A stretch of DNA of 64,000 nt from Iphione sp. A-MEVVRFRX5. Its lineage: Eukaryota. Both the position numbers and the translations under genes were made by a program. Every line of letters starts with the position of its first letter. The first letter of the stretch is position 1. Positions 1 through 14,105 of the stretch are shown here, one piece after another. Where the stretch lies: the NCBI GenBank assembly GCA_976226885.1, contig OZ320319.1, positions 68,758,001-68,822,000 on the forward strand, in the 5' to 3' direction. The notes under the pieces were generated by a model that ran no database searches, was not told the DNA's origin, and worked only from the letters and a program-made list of their open reading frames with translations.

Positions 1-1412
1 GAAAGAGTCTCACAGACATGAGACCTCTTCCCCATGGCCGTACTACTTTCAGGCAACGTTTTATATAGGTAGTGTTACTAGTGTTCAGAATGTGTTCAGA
101 ATAATAAAGAATGTCTATGACAAGTCGAACTCGTCTCTTGATTGCATCGATCTTCCGTGATTAAATATTCCATCTTCAATTTCTCTTGGAAAACCAATTC
201 GTTGACAGTGATGAAGCCATATGTCGGTCACGATGCAAAGATTGAGTGTCTACATTTCCCCAGGCCTTAGTGCGTCTTCGTCACAAGCAGTGTCATTCAA
301 GGGGCAATGTTGCTCCCCACTAGCTGGTAGATGCCGCTTGATGGATGAAAGAAGTCATATGGAATAGTCTCGTCCACAAAACAAGATAACTTGCGATGGG
401 CAATGAATATAAATGAAATTCATCTATATGTACCGAAGATCTGAAGACGAGTCTTTCCAAAGTTTAGGGCATATTTCCCAAAGAACTGGTAAGACATTTA
501 TCTTGCAAAACCTGATTGTTTCTTAAATCGATCTGCGCAACGTCTGAAAAAGTAACTTTAAAGTACGTTTTCCATTAACTGACAAAAAACAACTGTTGAA
601 GCGTGACACGGCGTGTGTAAAAAAGGATTTTTTCTATTCCTTTTAGGTGAAAGTGTTAGGCGATGACCGTCCTAATTAGCTTATTTCTTTATATAAACGG
701 TTACCTCACGTTCGTCCCTGAACATAACCCATATCGGGTTTCATGACGAGGACGGTCCGTCTCTTTCTTTTGTTATTAGGACTCCCATGCCCCTGCTCTC
801 CGGTCGCAGCAACTGAGCGGCGTGGTCGAGGAATGCGTCGAAGGACTGGGTTACGTTACCAAATAAAGAGAGGGCGAAAGTTGGTAGGTAGGTTTTAAAA
901 AAGTGCACACCTCAGCCAATCCCACCGATGTTACTCCCTGGGGAAAATTCACGAGATGCCCTCGGTTTAAAGTGCTCCCCTTCTTCTGTGGTCACTTCAA
1001 AGTCTGCTAAAGATTGAAAATTGCGTCTTTGCGCAGATCCAGAGAAAGCCAAGGGTCTTCTCCATTACGAGAAGACCTCGCCGAACAACGGCCGGTCGGT
1101 AACGAGATCGCTGTCTTCATTTCAGCAGGAAAAGCCTTTATTTGACAGCAGCTGTAATTAAATTTCTCTGGACTTGAAGTGTGACATGTCTTAGCATTAC
1201 AAAGTATTTTTCCTGGATGGGCATGTCTTGTCAGAAGTGCGTAACTTTAAGGCTCTCGTCCTGTGAGTGGTTGTGGATGTATCACGTTCAGTCCAGCATC
1301 GCATATAATCAACTATAGTTCTTTCACATTCAGAATAAAGATGCAGGCGCTACAGCTATTTCTAAGCTAGTAAAGATTGTGCAATTTTCTGTTAGACCTG
1401 ACATTGCTAAGA

Positions 1413-1718
1413 TTACTGTGTCCGTCCCAATTTCAATTTCAAGAGTTCGGTCGGCGTTAGTTCTCCTCTTTGTATTACACAATACTGCGCGGGACAAACG
1501 GTGTCTGTTTTTTTGTGATTAGAAACCTTACATGGAATGTGGAACACTTGTATTTTGCACGTGCCTTTGAATTCCCCATTACATCGTTTCCATATAGTGT
1601 CGCTGTCTATCAAGTCACACAGAGAGCAGACGAAATATTTTTGAAGGCGCACCGGGGACCGGAAAACACCGATGGAATGGGCTGTGATTGTTTTCCTAAT
1701 TCTATATTGGATGTACAA
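1413..1718 (-). pseudogene. PHD-finger-like (C4HC3) fragment, probably a remnant of a decayed TE or gene
   Basis: Translation contains VCSLC...RCNGEFKGTCKIQVFHIPC...VCPAQYC (nt ~1628-1479), matching the C-x2-C / C-xn-C / H-x2-C / C-xn-C spacing of ING-type PHD fingers. Flanking frames are broken by stops. Confidence 0.4.
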
Positions 1719-4700
1719 AATTGAGGATTTTGCCCTTCTGCTGCCCTCGAATACTTAAGTTTCATATATACTACCTCACTACCGTCCCCGAAGCAAAAAT
1801 GTCCGATCTAAGAATGTTTTGTCTTGTGTGATCTGTGAATTCTTTTGTCGCAATTATCATCGTTTCAAGACCGCTATATGGTTTAGGGAAGTATCTTTGT
1901 TTCCGTTCCCTCAAGCTAGAATGACCCATAAGTGCTTTCGGCCAGGCTCATAATATTTTAATGTAATACTGTAATATTAAACACAGACGACAGGAATGTA
2001 TGGACTTTTTGCATATTTATTTCATAAAAATACACACATGATAGTTATCAACATGAATCAGGAGGAGTGATAAAGTCTGGACCCTCTGGACAAGTGCGAA
2101 AATGTTCGTAGAATTTAAATTGTTGTTGTTTTGTACTACTTTCCCTCAATAGACACACCTTGTTTAATTATATTTGTGTGGCGTCATACAAAATTAAAAT
2201 TCTAACATAAAGATAATATTGTCGTAAGAGTTCGTATAGTTAGGAAAATAATATGACATTTTCATGATAAGTGCATGGCATTTTTTATGGCTGGGTTACT
2301 GTTTCCTCACAAGACTATAGTATTATGTATTGTGAGGGGCAGAAGTCTTGTTCCCTGTGTGGTTCTGGCTTTGTTCATTTTGAATACCTTCGACTCACGT
2401 TATTTATCATCAGATCATTTTTAAAATTTCAAAATCCTTGCAATCATCGATCGCTCACTGAATAGAACAAAAACCGCATTGATAGTAAAGCGTTGCAATA
2501 GTAATAATGTTTCGGAAACAAGTCAATAGTAGTGTAGTTTCGATCTGCGCACAAAGCAGAGAGTAGTTTTATTTTCATATGATAATACTGGCGACAGAAA
2601 TGAAACATGTACCTCCTTGTTCACAGTTTTTCCGAATTATTTCAAATATCACATATACTGCAAGGCACGGGTCCATTAACCCGGATCAAGTAAAGCCCAA
2701 TGGCATTTTAACATAATTTCAACATTGGATCTGACTTACTGAGACAATCAGCTTGACGACAGGCCGTAAACTCGAGGGTCAATTCGTCGCCCCACAAACG
2801 GTGATGGCTGAGCGATGTGGGACTACTCGGGCCCACATGGGTAGCAGCATCAGGCTAAGACTGGCAGCTGATTTGCAGGCTATTTTGCCGTCAGGGGGAC
2901 AGTTTTCTGTCTGTTCCGCTGACAGGTGTCCTTTGTTCTGCTAGGCTAGCAGGTGTAAGAGAAAGTATAATACCTTTGCCTCTTGGATGCCACTATGTTT
3001 TTTAAAAACTTTTCCAGGGTAGGCTCACCTATTACGTCCAGGTGATAGAAAATAGAAATGATTGTGAAGGGCTTCATGGAATTTATTGTAACAGAACCGA
3101 ACCAGTAATGACAATCTCTTCAAACATAACTGTTCAGAGGAGCAATAAATGTCATTAGATGCAGCAGTCATATCAAAAACACCTTTAACAATATCGCACT
3201 TTGCGTTAATTTTAATAAACGAAGGCAAGTCCATTGAAGATGTCTTGCACAAGTCCCAAACTGTTGCCCGAAGTGTGCCGAACCCTTGTTTCACGAGAGT
3301 TTTATATTTTAAGCAAGAAGCATTGGAAAACCTATTCAAGTCTTAGATGTGATACTGCCAAGTTGTGGTTATGTGTACCCTTTGCTATATTACAAGGTAG
3401 GGATATCCACTCATAATTCGATGGTTTTAATACCAAAGGGGGTGCATCCAACCTAAGCTGAGATGGGACTTGTCCTATTTCAATTCGTTTTTTCACTCAT
3501 ACGTTCCTTCTATATCGTACATTTTTTGCAGTTATCTAGTGAGCGAGAAATAAAGAAAACTTCTCTAGATTTCGGGCAACCTATGTACTGCTATAGCCAG
3601 AGGTAATTTCCGTGATTGGTTTCAGGATTTCCTTCTTTTTATACCGTCCTAGTGACATGTAAAACTAGTTATTTACCAAAATATATTTTGTGATGTACAT
3701 ATGCCTTTTACTGGGCCATATGGAATCCTTCCTGATGTTTAGTGGTTTCCTTGCTAGCTGCGAGTATCTTCTAGAGAGGGATTCAACGAGAGGGAGAGTA
3801 ACGTTGGGTTGGAGGGGGGCTTTGTTACTTGACTACTCGGTGAGGGGTATGTTCGCCCTTGGAATCATTACCACTTGATCTGTAATTTCCTTTGCATGCC
3901 TCTTTTGTAGACACTTATATCATTTACCCGGGGCTGTATGTTCCTCATCTGAAAAAAACTCATTCACACAGTATTAAAACAGCTCAGTTAGTAGTACTAC
4001 ATAACTGGCAAATGATATATCACTTCGATGTGGCATACAAATGTACCTTGTATGTATGTATTTGCTGATACCCAACGATCTTCACGAGTTCCATAGAGTC
4101 ATTACACGTATGTGACAATAAGGAATAACACGCACCTGTGCAGAGCAGTCACCATAATGCAGCTTTACAACTCGTACTAATGAACACCTGCTGAGTTATC
4201 GTTAAGAGGATAAGGATTCTGGCGTACAATCGCAGACAGCAGGCGCTCGGTGAGTGTCTTTCTATTGTCTCTGGTTAAGATGAACTGGACAAACTTGGGC
4301 GAAGTGGAGAAGCAACAGTTAGATACAGAACTGCCCGGTCACAGAGACGTATTCATGACTATTGTGGTCTTCTCCCTCCGAGGTAGTAGGGTCTTTATTT
4401 CCTATCAAATACATTTCTGTAAGAGTCAAAGGTATACCATTACAATGTATGTCCATTAATTGTCTATAGTTTCCTCTCTCAAGGTAGTGGTTCTCCATCT
4501 TTGTCCACTTCATGACAACTCTTCAAGATATTATTTGACAGTAAATTATTCAGCCACGCTTTTTATTCTATTTAACTAAATCTACTTTTATTTGTGTAAA
4601 CCTAGACAGCATTAGGTGCTTCTTTAGAATAAGTCTATACCTCCTGGTATACAAAATTTTCTCCGCACAACAGCAAGGATACAAACTGAACTTCAAACAA

Positions 4701-7700
4701 GAATTAGCACCATGGCAACTGGTGCTGGTGTCCTTAACCTACATTGTTTAAGAAGAATCGTATTTCAGCTCACATAACACCTCCGATCTCTTGTTATCTA
4801 AGACTTTTCTCATGCTTCTCAGTAAATCTGCCACTCTATTGAGGGCGATACCAACACGTCTGTCCAATTAGTATTTCGTTCAAATATCAGTGATGCATCT
4901 CCTTTTACATGTCCTACCTTCTGCGAAAGTCATGTGAGGCTGTTACAGCTAAACAGCAGTGTCGAAAGACACGTACCCATTATTCATATACATGTAGATA
5001 AATTCTTGTACCTACATTGAAGATCCTTTCCTTTGTGATCGAAGTACATTTAAGTAGCGTACAGTAATGACAGCAATTTGCATTTGCATTAGTGGAAATT
5101 ACGCTGACATTCAGCTGCGTTGCTGATAAATACTGAATTGCTGTCATTAATCGAACACAACAGGTAGGTTCTCAATCAGGTTTTGTTAAGGATTAGACGG
5201 AACTGGGCACGATATTTGCCCATAACGCTGACTCATCTCCAAAGTATCTAACGTTAGTCGTTTCGTCTTCCACCTGTGTTAACAGGTAGGTCCGTGTGGC
5301 TAATGTGGAAGTAAATATAGCGTAGGACAGTTGGTGGCAGCAGCTGGCGGAAGGCAAGAGGCCGTTGGGAATGGTTCCTTCGGAAGAAAATTCGAGTAAG
5401 ATGACTAGATCTAAACGCTGTATTTCAGAGCAATGGTAAATAGTTTGTTACCAAGAATGGTTTCCTATGCAGCAGATAAAAAGATATTCGTTAAAAGGAT
5501 ATTCGTTGCAGAACGCTACGACTGTAAATGATAAAAACAGAGAAATTTTACCATTTCATCAAATTGCAAATTATCTTTATCCAATGTGTATGTATAATTT
5601 GAGAGGGAAATACCAATACAGTATACGATGTGTACGATGCAGAGTACGTCCAATGCGTCGCTGTGCTTGGTATCTGCATATTTTGCTCATATCGCAAGTC
5701 CAACGCATTGTCCGTTAACATTCTATCATTAACTTTGCAAACATTTGACCTTCAGGCTTTTGAGCAGAGGTAAAAATAAACCATTTAAATATGTATGCCA
5801 GCGATAGTATCTGCTAAGTTGCATGGCATAGCACACTAAAATCTCCCGATGTTGACGTGCGATAAGTCATGTTGTTTTAACCCGCTCCTTATCGTAAATA
5901 TCTGATTCCTTCGAGATCTTTATCAATGAATCATTATGTCGACAGTTTGATATTTGACCTGAGGAAGATACATAAAGTCCCTACAATTCTTCGAAAACAA
6001 ACGTCACGGCAAACATGTTTGAAATATTTTACTAAGTTTTATGTAAGTGCATGTTGCCTTGTGATTGCGCACTGTCATTTTAAAGTTACTGAACTTCAAC
6101 GCCATGGATATTGTTTGATTTGATCAGGTGAACAGATGTTTTTGTTGAATACAGGCAGCCCCATGTAATACTGACGTCGACTTTGGCTGTTGAAAAGATG
6201 TCGTCCAGTCAACTCTCGCTGGGAATCGCCTCTAAGACTAGGGAAATTTGGTCTATAGTGTGGTTTGTTGCCTGTGATGTCTTCTTCTATATAAAAGTGC
6301 ATATGTTTGGTACTATTAAAATTTGGTTTGTGTTGCTGCCTGGTCTCCATGTGTCCTGGTCTTTAAGTGAGAGACAACACTATATTTAAACTTTGAGGTA
6401 TTAATTTTCTCACAGTTTCAATTTTCCCTTACCTATCGTCATCAATAATATGAAAATTCTCTGATTGAAAATCCGGAAATACAGATGCATCGACATATAC
6501 ATGTTCAGAAGTTGTATCACTGCAAGTATATAGCATGTAGCATATAGCGTTGATATTGCTTCGAGATGATGGTGCAGCTGAAGAGAGGTCACAGACGCCA
6601 ACGGGTGCATTTTCCCATTAGACTTCATTGCGTATCCATAATTTTGAATATCCATCCATCTAAACACTGACACTTAAGCATCCCTCAAAAACAAATGGAT
6701 TTCCTCAACTGCATATGCCGTCATTATAAACACGGAAATGACACCATACTTTTGACAAATGCGTCGGTTCCTGCTTTGTTCGGGACATTATGGCAAATAT
6801 ACTATAATTTCTTTAACCTTTCCCAGCCCTGCCTCTTCTTTATTAATAGATCAGCACCTTTCCTTCTCCCCTCCTGTGACTTCTTATCTGTGCTTGTATC
6901 TTTAAACTATAAAAAGCACTCTAATTTATAAGATTTCCTACTGCTAGCACCTTAATTATCAGTTATGCTTGCACGGGAACTGCGATATGTTCTTTAAAGA
7001 CGCTGCTCATTTGTGAACCAAAAAGAAGTCAGACCAAGAAATGTACGAGGGAGGAGAAGAAAATGACCCTAAAGAAGGTTTAGGGAGGGGGGAAGCAGAA
7101 AGGAAGGGGGCGGTAGATCATAAAGGCATGAAGATCAAGGGGATGGTGCTCGCTGATTCTCGTGGGAGTGGGTCACTTGATATGGTACGCCATGTTCAAG
7201 TATCTATCCTGATGAGTTAGATGCCGCAAATGAACAATTAATGTCACGATTGCTACTCGAGTGCTCAACGGGTCATCTTGACAATCGATAGCCTATTTAT
7301 GAGGAACTTACAAGCAGTTAAGAACCTCATTTGATATTATCATCAATCCCCACATCTCTTTTAATGTTATAAAGATGACTAAAACAGTTGCAAAAAACTT
7401 CACTGACCATTTACTGCTATTCAAAGGTGGTTTGCAAGAAAAGCGTTCATTATGTTGGTGTTTCTTATAAGTACCATTTACAGAGTCGAAAAGAATTCTG
7501 CGAAAGAACTCTGAGAGCACCCCCCCCCTTAAATAAACTTTACATTCCCCCTCCCTCTGTGAAAACCCAAAACGAACCCCCACCACTCATGTCCTCCGCC
7601 CAACCTTATATATTGACAAAGTACAAGGTTTCAAGCCAAACATTGTCAGAGATATTTCCCCAACCGTATATTGAGTCTTTGTGTTCATATTGTACTCTCG

Positions 7701-10700
7701 TCTCCATAATATTTCCACTATACCTTATTACTTTTAGATAAGTGTAGCTACCTTGCAACTGTAGAGTATAGCGTTAGGCACGGGTATCTTTTAACACTTG
7801 TCGCTATCACAGTCTTTTGAACAGGGACGGAAAGTGGTATCCCTTGCATATATTGGCTATATCTGCAATTATCACAATCCTAAAAGCTTTCCCGCATACC
7901 TTGGATGGTCGCATCAGTGAAAGCTTTGATTGTAGAAGAAAAATATGGACCCACTCCGGGATCAAACAAATAGCAAACGAATGAACATGCAGCACGGGTC
8001 CGCAAGCCTCGAACACGGCGATACACCGAAGGGGACCAATGGAGAGAGGGAAAGTGATACCAGCCAGGTTGAGCAGGCCTATGGGTAAGGCTTAACCTTG
8101 ATGTAAGGGGCGGCTGCTGGCTGATGAAAGAAAGTCCGCAAGTGATACCCTCTCTGCCGATGCCACCTATTAGGGGACATCTATTAGATCTGACCACCCT
8201 CAGCTTTCATTTCTACAGCCATTTGTTCTGTGCGGAAGTTTCGAAGCCAACATGAAAGCGTTAGGTACTACACGCAACGCTCTCCGTAGGATTAGTGGGC
8301 GGGTAAGTGCGAACAGGGACAAGTGAAGATTATTCACCAACCACAGAACCCTGATCCATCTTGTTCGTTTACTGCAGAGAAGGGGGAAATTGCACACATA
8401 AGAAACTCGTCCGTGATCATGAGTGTGATTACACAATTAACGCGTGTTTCAGGAGACCACAGCTAATGCAAAATTATTTGTCTGACATTTTGAGCTGCCA
8501 CAGCATGGTTTCGGAGATAATGAAAAAGTTCTAGTGCGTGTTTTAAACAGTCCTATTTCCCTGTTTTTAGTATATGAGGATGTTCCACATGATAAATACC
8601 ATGAATCCCTTGGCCTACAAACAATAAGAGGAAAAACGTTCGTCGTGTGCAAATCATTAACATGTAAATCGCTTTATTACATCTATGAGACACTGTTTGA
8701 TAATAAAGTAATGATATCAGTCGTAATAGTGCGCAATTAGAAAGCTATCACTTGTTTGTGTCTGGAATAACTTCCAATTGTTATCAAATGACATTAATTT
8801 TAGTCTATTAAGGTGGAGGATTAGACCTGCGCATACCGGCTGATGTTTATTCATAGAGATATTTCTGGATTCTATACGTACTAATTTTGATATGTTCAAT
8901 GAAACAGTTATCACTTCTAAAATAGGAACTTCGATTTCTTAAGAGAGCTGAGGTGGTAGCTGCTTCACGTCACTTGTTTTAAAGTCTGCCTTCTCTCTCT
9001 CGCTTTTTGTATGTACCACATTCCCTCCCGTTCCCCTGACACCGGTGGAGCAATTTCCACCCAAGTTCAGCTTCATCTCGCCATATCTCTGGAGATGATT
9101 AAGAGAAAGACGGAGACACTACATTAACAGGGAGTTCGCACTTCACCAGTAGCACATTAATTGTCCCGTTGGCTTCCAAACTATGAACTTTTCCCCCTGA
9201 CTGGGAAGAAAGGGGCCACCATTTTGTGCAGCATAGGCTGAAAGCCCACGGGGTTCAGTGAAAGGGCCGCCTTTTACATGCAGGTTACGCCATGTCATGG
9301 ACCAGCTTTTAGCCTGATAAAATTCCAGAATCAGTTCGCCTACATTCCTTGAAAGTTTTGTAGGATTTATTTGAAGGAGCACTCTATATATCATATCTAT
9401 AGGTTTAAAAGAATAAGAAGTATGGCCCTCTGTTTTCTTTTACTTACTTGACTATAAATTCACCATGCACACTAACTCGCAATGTTCACTGTTTTGTTCT
9501 GCGTTTCCAATTGAACAAAGTGTAATAGATGATGTCTCTGTCTGGGTGGTTGAACGCCAACCTTCTCCCTTTCAGGTATCTAATTGGGTAAAAACCGAAC
9601 GTCAATGACGGAACCTTGGCCGGCAGTGCTTGGGAAGCTCTCAAATAGCCAATTAGCAAGATGTATCACCCGTTGCAGGTCCAAGTTCCAGGAAAGCAAT
9701 ACGGCTGGAGCCAGAGAAAAGGAGGGCTATGGAGTGATTTCAATGACTGAATCGACAAAGGTCACTCATTAAACTGGCTAAATAAAGCCACGAATGTAGC
9801 TCCCTGTTTCCACGTGTAATGAGCACTGTACCTGCACCTGCCCTGCTTCCTGGTCAGCCCCCTCCCCACCTCCTCCACCCCTCCCCCGCCCCCGAAAAAA
9901 GACAACGTCGGGGATTGGCATCCGATTCACGTTAAATCATCATTTAACCTCAGAACCACCGAAAAACGAAAGAAGCAGATCATGACAGTTAGTGTCGTAT
10001 TATACTTTCAAATCCTTTCTCTCTCATCTACATCAGCCTGGTTATTTGTCATGAATCAGTCTCATACTGTCTTTAGCAGTACACTCTTACAGATTCAGAG
10101 TTGGACGGAAGGTACATTTTGCCTTGCTGGAAGCGATTTCTTCCTATTCAAATGACAGCAGATGTGAGGGTGCGGGAAAAGAGCATTGGCTCCTGCCAGA
10201 TAGGGCTTCAATCACGAATATCGGCCGTGTATTTACTAGAGCAATGCTAACACCTTTTTAATGCTAGAAATAACTCTCGGTTTCTTTTTATTCATCTCTT
10301 TCTTTCGTTATCTGTCATACAAGAATTGTAGACAGCTATATTCTGTAACTTGTAAGGATTACGGTCACATATGCATGACTCCATATTCTTTATTACACGG
10401 TAAGACTGAATTACATTATGTAGAATAACCAAATAGTGGCAAACTGATATCAACAGAAACATACAGCGCAGGAAACGGTTTGTCTACCCTATGTTAACGA
10501 CAACAGCAGATATGACGATAAATGACATTTACTGACAAGATTTGGGCTTTGTTAAAACTATTTCTCTTGTATATGATTACCAGTTGTTACACTTACCTTC
10601 AAGCATACGTGAGAATACGTGCACTAGGAAGATGGCGATACGGAAACTTCTGCTGTGACAAGGTTTTTATTCCCCTGCTTACTGATTGCTTTCATTAAGT

Positions 10701-13700
10701 CGAAGAGGGATTACCGAACTTCCAAATATTTAGGAAAGTTATTATGCAGTCTGTTCGCTCTACTACTCTTTATAACGTGTGCCTCTTGTGTCTAATGTGA
10801 CATAGTCCTCCATAGAGCCCTCACACAACACCCAGTCTCCTGATATGTATGTTTAAAGGCGCCGCACCGAAGATTGGAATCATGGAAGTTAACATTGAAC
10901 CTATAAAACAAACAGTGTGAATTCTTACTTATATCGGCTACAATTCGTATAAAGAGAGAACTATTCAACAGAACAAACTTTATCTGATTGAAGGGGCTAG
11001 AATTAAGCTAAAAGGTGGCGTAAACAGTAAAAGAAGTGATGATGATATGTCAGATGATAAAATATCGACAAATGCAAGTACGACGAAATACATTTTTTCG
11101 CTAGTACTTTCCAATAATGCCTCCAAAGCCAGTGGAATATGATTTAATTTAACATTTCTACCTTTCAATACTTAGGTGTGATACTGAATCAAACACTTTC
11201 CAGTAACATGCAAATGGATTATTTACAAGCATACTGGGGAAGATGCATAATATACAAAATTGCAGGGTATTCTTACCAGAGCCATAGGAATCAGATCTCT
11301 AAAATCAATGCTGTTACTGATTACTGAATTTGGAGTGGAGGTACCCAAAGTAAATCTGATACTTTTGTAAGACTTTCCAGGCTTTATAAGACGGCTATAA
11401 GGAGAATAGGGGAGTAGACAGAAGAGAGGCTGGGAATGTCTGGAAATATACTTCAATTTGAACAATAACTACACAATATGCTTCAATTCTCACAGAAAAA
11501 TACACACACATGTACACACATGTGTTCACAGGACACAAACAGACAACTCCGGACTAATAAAGGTCCATATACATGAAACACCCCTGTCTGTGAGTGTCCA
11601 GGACTGTCTGGGAAATAGGCCCAATCTCCTGGACTGTCCCATATATAGGAAACCTAATTGGATACATGGAAAGAATAAGGATATCATTTCGGCCCATGTA
11701 TAATGAAACACTACATCGAGGGGGGGGGGTTCACCCTAGATGGTCGAACAGGAAGAAACAGTAGTGTGAATCCTAAAGGTCTTAACACCATGTGTAGGTA
11801 CAAGGCCTACATAATGTAAAGGGGCAGTCTTTTGTGGGATCAACTGCCATGGATGTCCTTATGATACAGATGTGCTATGAACGTGCAGAAATTTCTATTT
11901 TAATTGAAGGCCTTACATTTCGACAATTTCCGGTATTTCCATGTACACTGTATTTTTCATTACATCGAATCTTTCCTATGTACATAGGGTGCTGCTGTAT
12001 GTCACACAAAGAGCGTGTATTGAGTGCAGAATTGCCTGATCTGTAAGTGTAAAATACACAGGTAAATCAGCATAAATAGTAAAATACATCAATCCTTGAC
12101 GCCCTCCATGACACTGTCCTAGTCGTAATGGTACAAAGAAATTAGAGAACCAATCAGTGCAAGGGTAGGCATTAGGAGGAAATCCTATGCTTGCTGTCTA
12201 CTTTATGGAGAAAAATATACAATTGAACCTTCGGGTACGTTTCCCTGATGCCATATAGCGCTGTTCACAGGCATCTATGGAATGCCGTGGGCTGGAGAAA
12301 TATCCTTCTCCCGCCGTTGCTTTGCTTGTTTATTACGACTGATTCGCCGTCTGGGATGATGGAATAGGTCCGGATACCGGGCAAAAGGTCCGGTAAGCTG
12401 TCACTGCTGTGTTAGGCTTGTCTCGAGAAAAAAGTGAACACGTGGTGCTTATTACGGCGATTCCTGCCACCTGGGATAGAATAGTCTAGATAGTTGTGGC
12501 ACTCCAAGTCATCTAGAATCAAATGTGATTCGGGGATACAATATGATAGTAAGCGGTCACCGGGAACATAATTGCCCTACACTAATTCGCAGTAATTTTG
12601 CCAGGCCCCTTCAGCTCTGTCCTGCGCCGTAAGGTTAATCATGTAAAACGTCTTGGGACGATGTTAATGAACAAGCGTGTGACTTTCTTCTGATGTTTTC
12701 GTACATTTTCCGCTTATTTTGCGCCGTATTTCTTGCTTTCTTATTAACGATGAAACACGCGCTGTTCCGACTGCCCCATGCCTCAGTGTCAGGACTCATG
12801 GATACAACTGATTAACACTTCAGCACTTCACCTTTTAAAGCAAAAAGAAACACACTTGAAACATGAGGACGACTGCTTTTTGTGATTACACTGGGGCAGC
12901 GCCTTAATAAATTCGTGTGCCTCCTCTGACAAGTCGTAAAAGCTGCGAAACGGTGATTGCTGGAGAAAGCAAATTTGGTTTTACGAGAGTTTCTGTCCAC
13001 AGCTATATTATGCTGTATTTATAGATCAAAAGAGGGACCGACCTAAAGGGCTGATTATACATGATCATAAATTTAGTCAGACTTTATTGAATAGCACCAG
13101 AAACTGTTGATGTCAGGTTCAACTTTCGGCATTAGAAATGAAGCGCGAATAGCTGAGAACATTTTACAAAGACAAGGAAAAGGTCCCACCTGACGGTAAA
13201 AACCTCCGGAACAAGTAAAACAATGGGTGTATTGTCCTTTTGTTGGAAGCCCGTGTCACATCCAGCCGTATCCCTTTTCTTCGGAAACGTGCGCTCTGAC
13301 TAAGCCCTGCAGATGCCTGTTGTTTTGGCAGGTCTATTCATTCTTGTTTGTTTTATTCAGTCAAACTCTCCAGAAAGCTCTGGTCTCTGGGGTTGCCTAC
13401 ACGGAGAATTAGAGACTTGGTTTGCGAAGCAAAGTTTCTCAGCACTGTTGAAAAGAAAGTCGGCGGCAGACAGATTGGGCAACTGACCTTCATGGCACAT
13501 GGCAGGTTATGGGCTACTCCGGGAGTACCATATTTTCCATGGTCATAATCCAAGTCAAGATCACAAACAGGCATTTCTGGGCCGGAACTGGGCTCCTGAC
13601 CTTTGGATTTAAGAGCCAGTCACAGGTTTCACCTGTGCAGCCCAAGAGAAATACTTCTCAATGGCTCTGTTTCTTTGACCGTGTTCGTCCAAGCATTCTA

Positions 13701-13875
13701 ATTTGTTGCTTCTGTCAGCTTCAATGCATCGCATCATCGTCTCCATCCTCAGGCGTGCCGATGCCAGCTGGAGATGGGACATGAGATAAATTGGAAAATG
13801 CTCTGTTGTAAAGAAGCGAACTAGCGATGAAATGCTGACTAAAAGATTTAAGAATCAAGTTATTATCTAAAATGA

Positions 13876-14105
13876 AATACATGTTCTTATATATGCAAAG
13901 AGCAAACATACCACGGAGAGAATAGTGAAAGGGAAGTGTTAAGCAGAAAAAATAGTGATATATTTTACCTAATTGGTTCCGTGGTCGAGTAATACATGTT
14001 CTTGTATATTCCAAGAGTAAATATACAATGGAGAAAATACTGAAAGGGAAGCTATTAAGCAGAAAAAATAATGATCCATTTTACCTGATTGGTTCCATGA
14101 TCGAT
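13876..14105. repeat. Diverged tandem duplication, 2 copies, period 115 bp
   Basis: AATACATGTTCTT starts at 13876 and 13991. Both units continue ...AAGAG.AAA.ATAC.A.GGAGA.AATA.TGAAAGGGAAG...TTAAGCAGAAAAAATA.TGAT..ATTTTACCT.ATTGGTTCC.TG.TCGA. Confidence 0.8.

Noticed and set aside
3025-3339. Minus ORF ending CSSEQLCLKRLSLLVRFCYNKFHEALH, faintly like a P-element/THAP9 transposase C-terminus
   Set aside because: Too few conserved positions, and no catalytic region or TIR found nearby.
4420-4870. Possible decayed RTE-type RT remnant on the minus strand (RRVGIA...SMRKVLDNK; TINGHTL)
   Set aside because: Short scattered resemblances with multiple stops; cannot be supported without a search.
6096-6350. 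RELTGRHLF resembling the piggyBac RLTGRHF motif
   Set aside because: Single short motif; the expected downstream Cys-rich domain and TTAA-flanked TIRs were not found.
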